DNA from: Dicyema japonicum
Taxonomy: Eukaryota > Animalia > Dicyemida
DNA length: 64,000 nucleotides
Direction: 5' to 3'
Assembly: GCA_011109175.1 (NCBI GenBank)
Contig: RDEW01000009.1
Span: 348,573 to 412,572, forward strand
Shown: positions 37,201-51,539 of the stretch, piece after piece
How the letters are laid out: every line of letters starts with the position of its first letter
Numbering within the stretch: the first letter of the stretch is position 1
The notes under the pieces: model-generated
Seen by the model: only the letters and a program-made list of their open reading frames with translations
The model's database searches: none
Told to the model about the DNA's origin: nothing
Position numbers and translations under genes: made by a program

Positions 37201-40200
37201 ATGTTCGGTTTTCTGAAAAAGTTTCTCAACACGACTGTTGCTAATGTAAATTTCCAATTATTTTCACAGACATATCCTATTGAGTGGAAAAAATTGGCTT
37301 TTGAAAAATTTCTGGAGTTAGTTGATAATCCTCAGGTAGATGACAATTACAGAGGAAGAGTTGGAGTTTTAAATATTTTAGGTTATCAAATATGTGCTCT
37401 TTTATTCTTACAATGCTGAATTGGAAAAAGGAAACGCAGAAGAACTTTTTGGGCCTCCTTGTAGAGATGAAAAGTATTCGAACTCTCCATTAGATCGTTT
37501 CCTTCAATTTGTACCTGCGTGTGTTATTTTAGGTATTCAATGATAGTTACAATTTTTCTACTTTTCTACAGATATCTATTGGACGAATGTTTAAACTGTT
37601 GATTCAATATGCCCATCGCTACTTTTGTTCTGCCTCTGATGGCGTTGATTGCTATGAAAATACAAAGTTGTAGCAATTTTTCATTTTAGTACTTCCGTCT
37701 CCCTTGACTTTAGACTAAAAAATTTAATTGGATATTGCTGCGATTTTTTCAGTTACACGGGAAACAACATTGACTTGGCATGTAAATATTACCGTTATTT
37801 GTTGTTTGCCTATTGTATGAGTAAATTTCGCTTTACCAAAGCAATAATGAAATCGGTTTCTTGTTTGTTAAATTTCTTAGATTTGCATTGGACTAATTAA
37901 GGCTCATTATCAGGGATGCCAAACTGTTGTGAGGGAAGCCCTAGATATACTGATTCCAGTTATGGCAAATGACAAAAAATATTACGTTTTATTTGCTTGA
38001 TTATTTCAGGAATATTTGTTTTATTGGATTGAACAGTTGGTCATTGAGGAATTTAATGGTGGTCAGATACTCCATGTTTTGTATTTTATGTTCTAAATTG
38101 TAGACAAATAATAATTCGACATCAGCGTTCATTTTATCCTGTTATTGGGAAGCTGTTTACTACTATTGTTAGTGTCGTCTGCTGTATGTCATCCCCAAAA
38201 AACAATGTATAATCGTCTGATCAATTAGTAGTCGACTCTTGAGCACCGAAAGCTATCAATGGATTTAATTGAAATGATGATTAGATGGGTTCTGGAAAAT
38301 AATTCTCAGGTAAACATGTTGTTTATTAAAGAATACTTCTGGTCACCCTATTATTTCCAGACAAAATCACAACGATATCATAAAGTGTATGATTCGGGTC
38401 GCCTATCCATCGGATGGAAATGGTTTTGTTGGGTCTATTAGTTTAGATTTGATGGCCAGTCAGTGTCTTGATTTGCTTAAAGTATTCACTGAACAGAAAA
38501 TTGCCACAATTGGCTCAGAAGTGAATATTCTTTGGTATGAAGAAATTATCAATGAATCGGAGAAACATAATTATACTCACCCAACCTTTACCTACATTGT
38601 CAGTGTACTATCAATATTATTTGTCCAATTGGTTTGTTTGGTATTTTATTTTCAGGATAAACCTCAATTAGGACAGATTATAACGATAATGCAACCAGCA
38701 ATAATGAATTGTTTCAAAATTTGTCATTCATTGGTGTCCATGAAAGCTGTTCACGCTTTTATAAGGAGAATAATGCTCCATTTCCAAGATATTTTTTGTC
38801 ATTCAAAAGTTGTCCTTCTAAGGAATGATCCGGAAGAACTACAAACATTCAACAACTCATTAAACAAATACCTCAACGATTCTCTGATGAATACTGAAAT
38901 GTTGTTTTTCTCTAATTCTTAGCTGTACTAATATATCCGTGAATGTTCTCTACAACGCATTTTCCATTCTAAAATTAGGATACGAATGCTATCCTTCATA
39001 TCCTGATATGTTTATGGCTCAGTCATTAAGATGTCTTAAGAGAATGACGACTTATTTTCTTGAAAATCATCGTTATCAGTTCGACTGTACTCAATATTTC
39101 AATGGTATTCATTTATTTTTATTTTAGTGACTGATCTCATCAGTCTTTCAATTGGAGTCATAAAGAACCGATATGGGTTTATGAATCCTGAAAACCAAAG
39201 ACAGTTTATATTAATACTACAAGATCTGATATCCTCTACTGCTGACGCCAAAATCTGTACCGCGATTATTGTAGCTATTGAAACATGGATAAATAATAAT
39301 GTATTTTGATTTTTGTAATTTAAGCAACCCTCTACCACTTATCCACAAACTAGTGATGTGTTTGATCTTATTGAGAGGATGATTATCAGCTTTGAAGACA
39401 GATCATTGGAAAATATTCCGTTTTACTCTCGACTTTTGAATATTGTAATTTACATCTTCACGTATTCTCATTTGTTTATTAAAGTGATCCTGTTCTCAAA
39501 AAAGACGAGCAAATTAGCACTTTGTATTCGTGCTTTATGTGCGGATTAAAATATCACGATTCTGAAATACGTGCAAAATTTTTAACAGTTGATCTAACTG
39601 GTTTATATTAGATATTTGACGATTACTGCACAAATGATATATATGAGAGACTGATTTACTTTACCTACAATATTAATTGGGAACCACTTGGATCATATTA
39701 TTGGATACCGATATGTCTCCATGTTTGTATAATTTTAATATTTCTAGTTGCTCTTTAAGTGTTGTGATGATAAACCAATTTTAAATGCTACGCCTAAGGC
39801 CATGTTTCCTAGCGTTTTATCTCTGATCCAGAGAAGCAAGACTCACGAACGAGACAAAATTCTTAAGGAGGCTTACAAGCTTGCCGATTCAAAGATTTCT
39901 GAATATTTTTTAGAAGAATTCGGTTGTTTTTTTCACGATTCCGTCAATCACAATTCAGAGACTGGTCTTGAATCACTTATAACTAAACACTGTTCTTTGA
40001 TTGAAGCATGTAAAGATTATCGAATAAATGTAAGCTTTTTAAACTAATTTTCTACAGTCTGCTACGTTCTTAAACTCTGTGGCAAGTTTTTGTTTTTACT
40101 GTCCTGAGCTGGCACATAAATTATGGTTGGATGTGACGGGAAATGCATTTATTCATTTTACGGACTCTCAAAAACAAGTAAATTTATTCAGAATTTTTCT

Positions 40201-43200
40201 AGAAATTAGGAGAAATTTCTCAAGGATTTCTGAATAGTGGATATCACTATTTACAGAAAGGATCATTTCCAAATGCTATTCATACTATATTTCAAATGTA
40301 TATGAGGTTTGGTGTTACGTCTGACTATGAGCCCGTCACATTTTCTGTACTGTGAAGATTTGTTTATTTTAGAATATTGGTCTTAACTATCAAACGCAGC
40401 ATGACTGTTTGATTGTATTAGAGACAATGTTGGACAGCAAAAATCCTCAACATATGGCAAAATTGTTCGATGCTAATATATCTCGTAAGGATGCTCCCAT
40501 CACCGTAATATTGTGTGATTTATTTAATAGACTACTGAGGAATCCCTTCTTTACATGTATAAATTTATGAAAGAGGACGACTATTACTACTCTTATTGGC
40601 TCTACAATGCGCATTATAAAGAAACTCGTGATGCAATCCTTACTAAGCAATTTGGTATTGGCGACATTACCGAACTTAAATTTTCTGAAGTATTTTCTTA
40701 TTTAATTTTTAAGGCAATTGATAGATTGAATGCTGATCTGCAGGATCGAAAAGTAAAAGGAAAGCGACAACAAGAAATGAAACTAATTATGGACGAATGG
40801 ATAAAGTTCTAAATAAATGTTTATGATTAATAGTTGTGTTAAGGAGTTAAATTACTGGAAGCCACTTCTCCCCCAAGGTGAAAATGAGCGTTATTTTGGA
40901 CTGGATTCATTAGAGGCTTGTTTGAGAACGTCTTCCTTGGATAAATTTGCCGAAATCTTGCCTGACGTGGAAGAAAGATACTCCGAATGTCACTCATGGA
41001 GAGTCAACCTTCTAAAATCTTACTATAAGTTGATGTGTGTCGAAGACAACATTATGGCCAATAAAGGAGTCTTAGATGAGGTCTATTTGAAATAATTTTA
41101 GATCGAATCAATTAGTAGAACTGCCTTGAATTGTATTCTTGAAAGTTATCGTAACTCATCTCAAAGAATGACTCTCGAACATGCAGAATTTATTAATGTA
41201 AGTTATACCAGTGAGTATATTAGGGATTTCAAATGTTGGTTGAGTCTCTGAAGGTGCTGCTATTATTAACAATACATTTACTGCTATCACTCAATCGTCT
41301 AGTGTAATTAAAGGACTTGGTATTTTCGAAAAATCGTGGAAGTTGTTTTTTAGTTATAACGCAGACTTCGGGCTGTTTCTTGGAGTGATACCTGCATTGA
41401 TTGGTCACTTACTTACTTATACAGGAAACTGATTTTTAAAATTATTTTTTCATTTATCTCAATTTCTCCCGAATTTGTTTTTTTTCTATTTATTTTAGAT
41501 GAGACTTGAACATACTTTGAATTCAATAAGTGACGAAACGTTATCAGTATTAGCAAGGCTAAATAGAAAACGACTGCAATTTGCTTCTGCAATAGAATTT
41601 GTTGATCAGTTTTATATTCTTCTTATATCATAGAATGAAGAGTGGGCCTAATCAAGAACCAACAATATGTCAGACTATTGAATACATGCGATGTTACCTC
41701 AAATTATTTAAAAATGGAATAAAAACCGCAGAAGTAAAAAATCGTTTGCTTGAATTGATTAATTTAAATAATTCATTTGATTCCGAGCGAGATCCAAGCT
41801 ATTATGACTATAGAAGAATAGTTGGTCGTATTTACGCGCATTTGGGAGAGTTTTATTCCAGTATATATATTTTAGTGATGATACTGCAATGCATCATTTG
41901 GAATTTTGTGCTGATTGTGGATCAAATGATTTGATGTTGAAGAATGATCCTAGTTGTTGGGGGACAATGGCTGATATATATGCTTCGAAAACTACTCACG
42001 GAGAAAGGTATGATTTTTAGATAAATATACTTTAGAAATATTGATCAGATAAAAATTCTTGCTTATTGCTATCAAAATGCAAGTCGTATAGATTCTATCT
42101 TCAAATCCCGTTGTTATGTTGCTAAATGTTTACATTTGCTATATTATGACAATGAAATGGGTTCGATAGCTCACTATATTAGTGATAATTTATCTGGCAA
42201 CCCTATCTCTGATTGGTTGCCTTGGTTTGTGTTTACTTTTTATTTCTAGGACGTATCACATCATTGATCTTCATTGTTCTCTAAAGCACGACGGGCTAAC
42301 ACCATTAATCGTGAATATAGTTCAAAAATTAGCAGAGCCTGTGATTGCACACCTTGCTTATCTTATGGACTGTCATATGGGTTTTATTGATTATTTATCC
42401 AGATTCTGATGACTATGTTGGTAAGAGAGCACGTGAATTGCTAGATTATATAACAGGGTTATATCCTGTTTTGATGTATCCCACGTATAGACTTCTAGAA
42501 GACGTATTGTTTTAGTTTACTTTTAGTTTAACAAATTGGGTGTAAACCAAATGGAAAGACTTTATAAATTGTTTAACGACTGTCTCGACGTGGCTCTCTC
42601 ATATGCTTATTCTGTTAAAGACGGTGCTTAATTTTTTTTATTTTTAGTTATTTATAGTAAATGTTCTCCTGAAGTTATTGATTCTGTGAGAAAAATACTA
42701 GATTTATTCGAGGATGAACAATTTCATATGGACGAGCTTCATAGAAATATATTCTTTAAAGAAAGAAAGAACCATTTTGCTATAATGTCACAAGAAGAGT
42801 ATAGTTCAATCAGAGATGAATTGAGAAACACATTTTGGTTGTCTTCGTTTTTTATGCTTAAGGGATCCTGAAAATATTTCTCTTCAATATATCATCAAGA
42901 AAAGTCGTGAATGGCTATTGGATTTGGAAGCGCGGTTCCTTAGCAGTCAAAAGAAATTGTGCATTGAAAATACGTGTCCTTATTTGTCTTCATTTTCACC
43001 GATTGTTGCCGATATTGTTATCCCCGATAACTCGACTTGGTATAAGGTTATTTCAATATCTGAGGTGTAGTACTTTTTAGAACCCAAATACATACTTACA
43101 GTGTCTTCTCATGTTGAATTGGTACTATTTAGAGGACAAGTCGGCAAGAAAATAAAGATTTTTGCTGATGATGGCAAAGTGAGTTAATTTCTAATTTCTA

Positions 43201-44291
43201 GAAATACTTTTATATGGTTCTGTCTGGACATACTATGTACTCTACAAAACGTAATCGGTCGATCAAAATTTTGTCAAATTTCATTAACGAAATGTGCAAA
43301 AATGAACATGTTAAATTTGTAGTAATTTTAGGCTACTATGATAAGGAAAATTAAAGTCCCAACGTTAAACACTTTGGTGTACTCTTCAAAGACATATATT
43401 CAGCAGGTTAAAGAGGATTTCATATCATTCGACTCGATTTATAAAACAGTTTGTTAATTTTTTAATGAATTAGTCGTGTGAACTGGAAGGTGTGAGTGAT
43501 TTTACTCCTATTGCTCGATATTATGACTATGTAATGGGGGCTATTCAAAATAAGCGGGCAATTGATAATGAATTATTAATGGAATGGTTTAATGAGATTT
43601 CTACAACTCACAAATCCAATTTTATGACCAAATATTTCCAGCGACTGTATGACCAGCCTTCAGAGTATTGGTACTTTCGAAAGACTGTATTTGTCGATTT
43701 AATTTCTAGTTCTCCACAAATTTAGCGGTTATATACTTTATCAGTCTTATTTTTGCTATGGAGCCTATGAGAATTGACAAAATATTTGTAGATACAAATT
43801 TTGGCTCTTTGTTTATGTTGGATTGGGATTTTAAAACGCCACAGAGAGGTGGTTGGTGGTTTTTTTGTATTTGTGTAGAATTATCTACCGTATTCCGCAT
43901 TACTCCTAATATCTTGTCATTCATAGGAAGTCGCATATTGTTGGGTCCTCTTTTTATGTCAATGATATCTCTTATCAGAGTTTCGGTTACACAATCGGAT
44001 CGACTTGATGGGGTAATCAAATTGTGCATGGAAGTACGTGTCAGGGTCAGTTGTTTGTGTCAGTTTTGCAGGAAGAGTTTAAGAAGCAAAATCATGTTCT
44101 AATTGAGGCCTTGGATAAGTTATATAAAGGGGTTGATGATAGACTAGAAAGTTAGATTGGCGGCTTTATTTTTTGTAGAATTACAAGATGTTGATAATGT
44201 TACTGATAATAAAGTTAATATACTTTTGCGGACGTCTGCTATGCCTGAGAGGTTATGTCGGATAGACCCTTCCTTTTTCCCTCATTTCTGA
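31279..44291 (+). CDS. TRRAP: TRRAP/Tra1 PIKK-family pseudokinase, roughly 3,650-3,700 aa, about 80 introns of 21-34 nt
   Basis: Manual splicing gives colinear matches to TRRAP: FPKSSHSL, RILGKIG, GIIEGMIF, STLEHRKLSMDL, CGLKYHDSEIRAKF, EDDYYYSYW, SHVELV, YWYFRK, FRITPNI, and FATC end LCRIDPSFFPHF*. The model needs one GC-AG intron, two GT-TG introns and two 1-nt frameshifts. Confidence 0.93.
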
Positions 44292-44954
44292 TCTGTGAAT
44301 AATTTTTTCTTTAATTTTTTGATTTAAGTATTTTTTCATTAACTTATTCTTACATTATGTATCTAGATACCTGCATCAGATGTATAAGCTAAAGATTAAA
44401 AATATCCAATGCTTGTTTAAGTTAAATTTTATGTTAAATTTGTTTATATCACAGTGCAATAAGTTCCGGATCAAAAACTAGGAGGTCCCTTGTTCGAATC
44501 TCTCTGCTGTTCATTCTGTTGAAGGTTCCACGCATCTATGATGCTTCTGAGTTGACGAATGAAGTCGTCGTTAGTTTTTCATCACTGTGGAACCTGATTA
44601 TATTCTGGGACTCACATAAGCAAAAAAGAGAAGAACCAAAAGTCAAGAAAATTTTCAATGCCTTGGATTAATTAGCATGACTGTTGTTAGTTTTTAAATT
44701 AAGTGTGAATTCTGGCAAAGGTGAGGTTTAAGTAATAGAAACATTACTACTCCTGTTGTTGTTCAATTTATTCCGTATTTCGTTATTTGAGATAATTAGT
44801 TCGACTTGAATTTCATGCGTTCTCTGTGGATGAAGATCTATAAAATATCTTATAAGAAAGTCAAGTCAGACACTAATGATTTAAAAAAAACTTAGAAATC
44901 ATTTAATTAAATTGTATCTTTTGCAATGAGACTATAATACATTCTTAAAAGTTC

Positions 44955-45195
44955 ATGGCCGTGTGGCGCCATGTAGTGCTATTTGGATAGTTGGTCATAA
45001 ATTATTTTCCTTCCGATGGCGTCAATGGATCACCCTTACTGAGGAGATGCCTGGCCGGCATCAAGAGGATACAACTATTCTTCCCCGGGGACAATGTCGT
45101 TACCTGGAGACAAGTTCTGGAACGCTTGAACAAGTCAGGGTCAAGGAGTTAGTTAGTTTGGCTACCCTTGGTTTGGAGTTATTTTAATTTAATTT
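44955..45195 (+). mobile_element. related short retroelement module
   Basis: GTGGCGCCATGTAGTGCT head, GGCGTC/GATGCC stem, GGCCGGCA, AT-rich tail. Confidence 0.6.
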
Positions 45196-45199
45196 AAAA

Positions 45200-47640
45200 A
45201 TTATGACTAGAATGCTTTGTCTATTGGTGTTTAAATTATTATTATTAAAAAGCACTTCACAGAACCAAAGAACGTTGTATTAACTAAGGTCTTGTTTGTG
45301 CCACACGTTTCAAAATTAGTTTTACTAGGCGTCTTTCGTAGATCTTCTGCAGATTTAAGTTTTCTTCCAATTCCATTAAGATTCTTGTTTAGATCCACTA
45401 GGAGGGTGACTCTAGGCCTTCCTCTGAACGATGGTTTGTTCTCATTGTTAAAGTAATTGTCCATTATTATATTTGCAGGGGCGTTTATGTCCATTCTAAG
45501 CACGTGCCCAAACAGTCTTCTTGATTTAATAATGTCAATGCTTATTGGCCTCGATTATGCCATAGATTAAAATTTCTTATTTGAAATCTTCTTGCGAAAG
45601 GTTTTTCCTATGTTCCTCTAGAGTACCCACGGCTTTCCTGAATAGACGACGATATCTTTCATTAGAGTTTGAAGAGGGGTGGGTTTTTTTCCCAAATTTC
45701 GTGTATTTGAAGCCTCCAGCCTTGAATGGAAGAAACGACTTGTTTCTTGACCACACAGACCGATGAACCGGAGCCGTTATTTTTGATTGCGGCGTGGTCA
45801 AGCATTGGGGGGAAAGATCGGGGATAGATTTGTTAGACGTGCAAGTTTGCCTGTTAGGGAGTTGATCTTGTATGAATTGGATATTGAAGCTTCATAGGCT
45901 CATGATGCACAAGCATACTCTACCGTCGGGTTTAGAAGTTGATTGAACAAGACGACAGCGCATTCCTGTGACAGCCTGGACTTTAAGAGCGGCTTGATTA
46001 TATTTAGTTTCCTGAGACTCTTTGTCATAACGTTTTTCACATGTTGAGAAAATGTCATCAAAGAGTTGAAAGTCACTCCTAGAATAGTTGGATGAATCTG
46101 TAATAGTAAAAAGTCTTCATAAATGTTCAGATCCAGTGTATGTTTTCCTTTTCTGTCTGTGGTGAAAATTGTATACTTTAAATTATCCCTGGATGTGGAG
46201 AGACGATTCAAATTTAAACGGGCTTCCAGGTCGTCAATATGTGACTGAAGCTCTGATTTTGCTATACCCACGTATTTGTTCCTGCTAGTGATGATTAAGT
46301 CGTCAGCATAAGTGAGAAGCATTGAATATGGTTCTCCAGGGCAGGGTAAATCGTTTAAGAATAAATTGAATAACGCCGGAGAGAAGGGCAATCTTTGAAG
46401 GACGCCATTAGGTAGAAGACGGGACCTTGATTTTGCATGGCCTATACAGACACGTCCTCTTTTTCCGAAGAGAAAATTGGCTATCCATCTTTTCAAAACC
46501 GGCTGAATGGTGGTGTCAAAAACCTTTTTTGTGAATAATGTTCTCGGGACAGAATCGAACGCCTTATGGATGTCCAGGGAGACCACTATTGTCCGTAGAT
46601 GGCCTTTCGGTTCGTTGAACCCTTCTGATATAAATTGAGACAGTGAAGTCAAATGTGTGGTAGTTGAACGCTCACATTTTAAACCATGTTGAAAGTGACA
46701 GTCGGACAAATGGAGTTTAATTTTCCAGAGTACGAGTTTCTCCGTTAGGCGCGATAATGCGCACGTTAATGAAATTGGACGGTAGGAAGAAAGTAAGGTT
46801 TTCGGTTTTCCTGGTTTTAAGAGGGTATTATAAGTGAATTCTTCCATTTGCATGGGATGACGTTCTTGTTAGAAGACAAATTAAAAATTGACGTAATCGA
46901 ATTGATTGCAACATTCCCAGGTGTTTTAGCAAAATTCCCGGAATGCCGTCAGGACCACACATATAAGATCTCTTCATCGATCTTATACCCAATGTGACCT
47001 CGGCATGCGTAAATAAATTGATTCACGAAGTTGGTTTAGGCATTAAATTCTGGAAGGTGACAAGAGTGGGATTTCGAGAAGTCCTTGTGACTTATGGATG
47101 CGTAATATTTCATTAGGTTGTTAGCTTGCACAGTATTTGGAGCAGAAAAAGATTATGATACATCTGATAAGTTTAGTTTGATTCGACGAATAGTTTTCCA
47201 TAAAAAGACTCGTACATAAGCACCGGCTTTATATATGAGTTGTATAGTCTTATTTTTAGGTTTGTTTTTATTAGTTTTCGTCGACTCCATATCTTCTGCA
47301 TTTTCTTACACATGGAAGTTGCTAGAACTCTCCTATACATCATGTCTTCACTATCACCAAGTAAGGATCCTAATTTCCTTTTTTCCTCCAACTTTCATCA
47401 ATATATTTTAATTCCCTTGTGATTCCTACATGTTCAGCTTTTTCCTGAATAACTCGCAGAGACCAATTCTTAAATTCTCCAGGGATTTTCTCTAAAACAA
47501 GTCCAAGTTCCTGATCATTTTCTGACACAAAATCTATGTCATCTGCATATATAATCTCCATCGGCATGCATCTTTCACATTTTGTTCTATTGAGGTGCCA
47601 ATAAGAGATTATATTCAATCGATGGTGTTAAAGAAAACAT
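45200..47640 (-). mobile_element. RTE-like LINE split by a nested LINE insertion
   Basis: IIYADDIDF and KIRLYNSYIKPVLMY (47173-47618) continue as LFGHVLRMD...RGRPRVTL (45231-45530). Confidence 0.75.
45560..47100 (-). mobile_element. Ingi/Vingi-like LINE RT, nested in the RTE element
   Basis: 317-aa ORF: KPGKPKTLLSSYRPISL, GFNEPKGHLRTIVVSLDIHKAFDSV, LTYADD. Confidence 0.85.
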
Positions 47641-47999
47641 TAGAAAGTTTGATTATCGAGCAAAAGCATTGAGTCAAGACACCAATTGAGGAAATCCTTT
47701 TGCGCATCGAAGCGACTGGAAGAGTGAGAAACTCATTACACTTGTGAAATAGCGAATCCGCAGTCCGTGAAGGATATAGAAGTCAGGTGGATGGCTGGTG
47801 AAGATCCTCATAAAAAAAGGATACGTTAATCTAGTTATAACTCTAGTATTGTTAATTATTATTATTGAACCAAAAAAACCCCTGTCATATCCAAAATAAA
47901 CAAAATTCAGGTGATCTCGGGCTCCCTCAACAGTCTTCGCATTTTTCTCGGTGTTCCGACTGCGTTCCTGCGCATTTTCAATATGGACGGGGTCCGCAT

Positions 48000-48950
48000 A
48001 CTCGAGCCCTTCGCAGGAGCACTGTTCCAGTCACCTCTATCATATTTTATGTGGGAGGTTTAGCCTCCCACATACTACCCCATGTGGAAAGCATTTTCCG
48101 CGTCCTGCTGGGAACATAACACTATGGGCATTTTCGTGTAGGTGACGGTAAAACAATCTGCGATTAAACTCAAACAGATTATTTTCTCTCCTTCTCTTAA
48201 ACCGACTTTCATGTATATAGCATTTGGGAACACGGAGTTTACTAATTAGCCCCTTTACTATAGGCGGTGCTTTTCCTCTAACCCCTCTCGCGACACTACT
48301 TATGTGCCCCTCCAGTGGTTCCAGCTCAGTCTGTCTCCAAGCAATCTTGGCACATATCTGCTCCTTCCATTTACTGGGTGGTCTGGGCTTGTCCGTCAAT
48401 TCCTCATAGGTGATCTGTGCTGCATACAGCACTAGGGAGATGTCACTCAGTGACCCTACTGACTTAGCTCCACCGCATAAGCCACAGCATTATTGATACA
48501 GGTTAACACTAATCCGTTAACTTTACAATGAGGGATCTTTCGGGTAAATCTACGGACCTCAAGTGGGACATCTGCCGCTGCAGCGAGATTCCGCGCGAAG
48601 ACCTCATAAACATGCTTGAGCTGCAACGTATCACAGCTCTGGTGCTCGTGATCTCTTTGCCAGTTGTGGTCACCTGGTCCCCGCCCCTTTAGGCCAGTAC
48701 CCTCTTTGCCTACAGCAATTTTCTTGAGTTCACTCACAGATATAGCAATACTGAATCTGCCACTGCAGAGCTCCGCCAAGTATGGCCAACCATTCCAGGG
48801 CATTCGAGTTCCTTCTCTTTTGATCCTCAGCTTCCTTAGAAGCACGACCTGGGTCCTAGGCTGAAGCGGGTGAATTTTTCGAAGAGTACACGTCAACACA
48901 AGTAGCGTTCTAAACCTGGTTCCGACCATTAGAGAATATGAAGTCGTCAT
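48000..48950 (-). mobile_element. R4/Dong-like retrotransposon, pre-RT region relic
   Basis: YAAQITYEELT...WKEQI; RRRENNLFEFNRRLFYRHL. It abuts a Vingi-type C-terminus (KMRRLLREPEIT*) at 47865-48000. Confidence 0.55.
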
Positions 48951-50535
48951 TACGTCTGTGCATTTGCCATCGCTCCGAGAGAGACCTGTGGGTTCCTAAA
49001 AGTCTGATGGCTAGCAGAGACTATTGCATTTTTAACGTCATGTTGAGACAGGCATGCTGGGGAAAATGGCTCTCACTCAACTTGCATAACTACTATCTAA
49101 CCCCGAAAAGAAGAATACCAAGAAAGAAGGAGTTAAATTATCTAATTAAGTGATCTCGGTAGACCTCAACAGGATCAAGTGCTCCTTCTTAGAACCCACA
49201 CCTTCTCTGAATCCACGACGTTCCTCTTTCATGAGAATTTTGAGAGCCGTGGGCTTTTTTCCCAATTTACTTGTACCCGTGGCTTCTATCGCTGATTGCC
49301 AGAAGCGATAGGACTTTGATCCCCAGAGAGTGATGAAACCGGAACCATTATTTCGGACCATTTTTGCTCTTAGGGAATTTATCTTGTAGAAGTTTGAAAT
49401 TGAAATTCCTTAAGTTCTGGAGGCACAGGCACACTCCATCGTCGACTTCAAGAACTGGTAGTATAAGACGACAGCACATTCCTGTGACGGCTAAATCCTG
49501 GAGTTTAGAAAGGTTTTTGTGAAGTTTAGTTTCAAATGTTAAAAGAAAGAGAGTAAGGGTCCAGGGTCACGCCCAGTATTTTTTTCGTTAGAATAATGTT
49601 ACTATGAAGACTGATTTCTAGCATATCCTTTTGTCTTCGATCGGTTGTAAAAATGGTATAAGAATTTTTGATAATGTTAGCGTGGCGTCAGTTGGTTTAC
49701 CGTATGTAGTAGCGCTCGCTGTGGAAAGACACTGAAAAGAACCATTTTCTCTTTCCCATCCAGTCGACTAGTATGTCTAAATGGTATACGGCAACGGGAT
49801 AATTTGGGATTGATATATTTTTTGAAAGTCAGATTATAAACAAAAATATTAAAAACTAATTTATTAAGATAATGAATCAAAACTATTATTGCATGGAAGC
49901 GATTTTCATGATATGGATCTTTTTCCTATGATTTTTATTAAAATGCATTCAATCAGCAATCCCTCTTCTTTTGCTATCAACCAACTGATGCCACATATGA
50001 AAGTTACAGAGTTGCCATACAAGAATCTCTGAGGTTTCATTCTCCAAGGGTCTTATATTTATTTTTAAGAATCTGGCCCTTTCTATTCCTGGGAGAGTAG
50101 CTGATAGACTACTTTGTGACATGTCGTTTCAGAATAGTTGCCATTTCAGAGAATATATAAAAAACAATAGAAACTTTAAAAATCATCTTTACAAAATATA
50201 AATTTTTCAATTTTGTTTCAAACGATCGAATATGAGAAAAAACTAGTATATATCTGAGTTTTTTCCTGCTTTTTGAAATTTATTATTTATTTATTTTATT
50301 TATTAACTTTTTGAAAGCAAAAAACTAAATCAAAAAAGTGACGAAAACATATAACTAAAGTAATATTCTAGAATCTAGATACTGAAAATGTTAATTTTTA
50401 TATTTTCTAGTAGAGGTATGGTTTATCGACCAATATTGAATCTCAATAAATCATAACCCTTAATAACTATTACAAATGTATGAGAATATAAAAATAGAGC
50501 AACAACCACTTAATAAATTAATTTTAAGCTAATTG

Positions 50536-51223
50536 TCATAATTCACTATACGCTTGCTCCTTCCATGAATGTTCATTATTTGACATAACATACAGCCCCT
50601 CTGCAGCAATCCAAACACCAGAATTCCGTTTATTCCTCACAGCGCATACTTCATATTGTCCCTCAGGGCTTGAATAGACATTCCCAGACAAATCCAAATA
50701 ACTATAATTAGTAAAATTTTGACTGATTTGTAGCTTTGTTTTTCAGCCATATTCGGTCGTCTCGTCTCCAGTCTTTTTTCTGACATTCAACAACCCACTC
50801 GTTAGCCTTGTCAGATGGGTCATTGCTGCAACTGACCTCATCGCCAGTAGAAAAAGGAGAAGACATTTTTTCTGAATGTAGATACTGCCCAGTGTCTGTA
50901 TGGATAAGGCTAATTGCAGAATGACATTGAATCCGGTCTCTAAAGTGACGTTTTTAATTAAACCCGCGTGTCTTGTTGCTTGTTGTAGTCGGCAGAATTG
51001 TCCAATGACTGTTGTGAGATTCCAGAGAATCGATTCCTGTGACAGATTGTAATCTTGTACCACCACCATATTTGACGTCGTGAGAATGAAGTCTGACTTT
51101 AAATTTTTCATTTTCAAGCTTTATGGACGATCCGTAGTTAACAAAGGATTCTAAAATTATTATTAAAATATTACCAAAAATACATATCGAAGGCACAACA
51201 AACAACAATGTAGATAACGTCAT
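50536..51223 (-). CDS. SDF2: stromal cell-derived factor 2 (SDF2/SDF2L1), MIR-domain ER protein
   Basis: Three 22-24 nt introns. Signal peptide, then YGSSIKL..RLHSHDVKYGGG..QSVTG, YLHS, EWVVEC, W.AAEGLY and C-terminal YSEL*. Confidence 0.92.
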
Positions 51224-51539
51224 CAACTTTCGTCTAAATAAAATTTATTTAAATGTTATTATAAATTAACATGATTACTATATTTATCGCCATAGCATAA
51301 AATTATTTTAAATAACTATCCGAATCCTCTTACGGACCTATATCTCTCCTGTACTTAATAGCTGCTGACCTCCTACAAGTTAGTGAGGCTAGGGATACTT
51401 AACTAACTAACTGTGTTCCCCTTCAAAAATTCTGGCAAAACTCATTCTCGATCAGATTAAACCTTACCTCCCGGACGTATCCTTTCAAAGTGGTTTTAAG
51501 AAGGCTCACTCCACGACTACTCACCTTATATGTTTGACG

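Noticed and set aside
31279-44291. Many in-frame stops in the ORF track, suggesting stop-codon reassignment
   Set aside because: The stops fall inside 21-34 nt introns or are explained by two 1-nt frameshifts. Spliced exons read in the standard code and end in TGA/TAA.
50743-51117. 124-aa ORF from the track, and an initial EGF-like guess
   Set aside because: It is an out-of-frame overlap of the spliced SDF2 gene.
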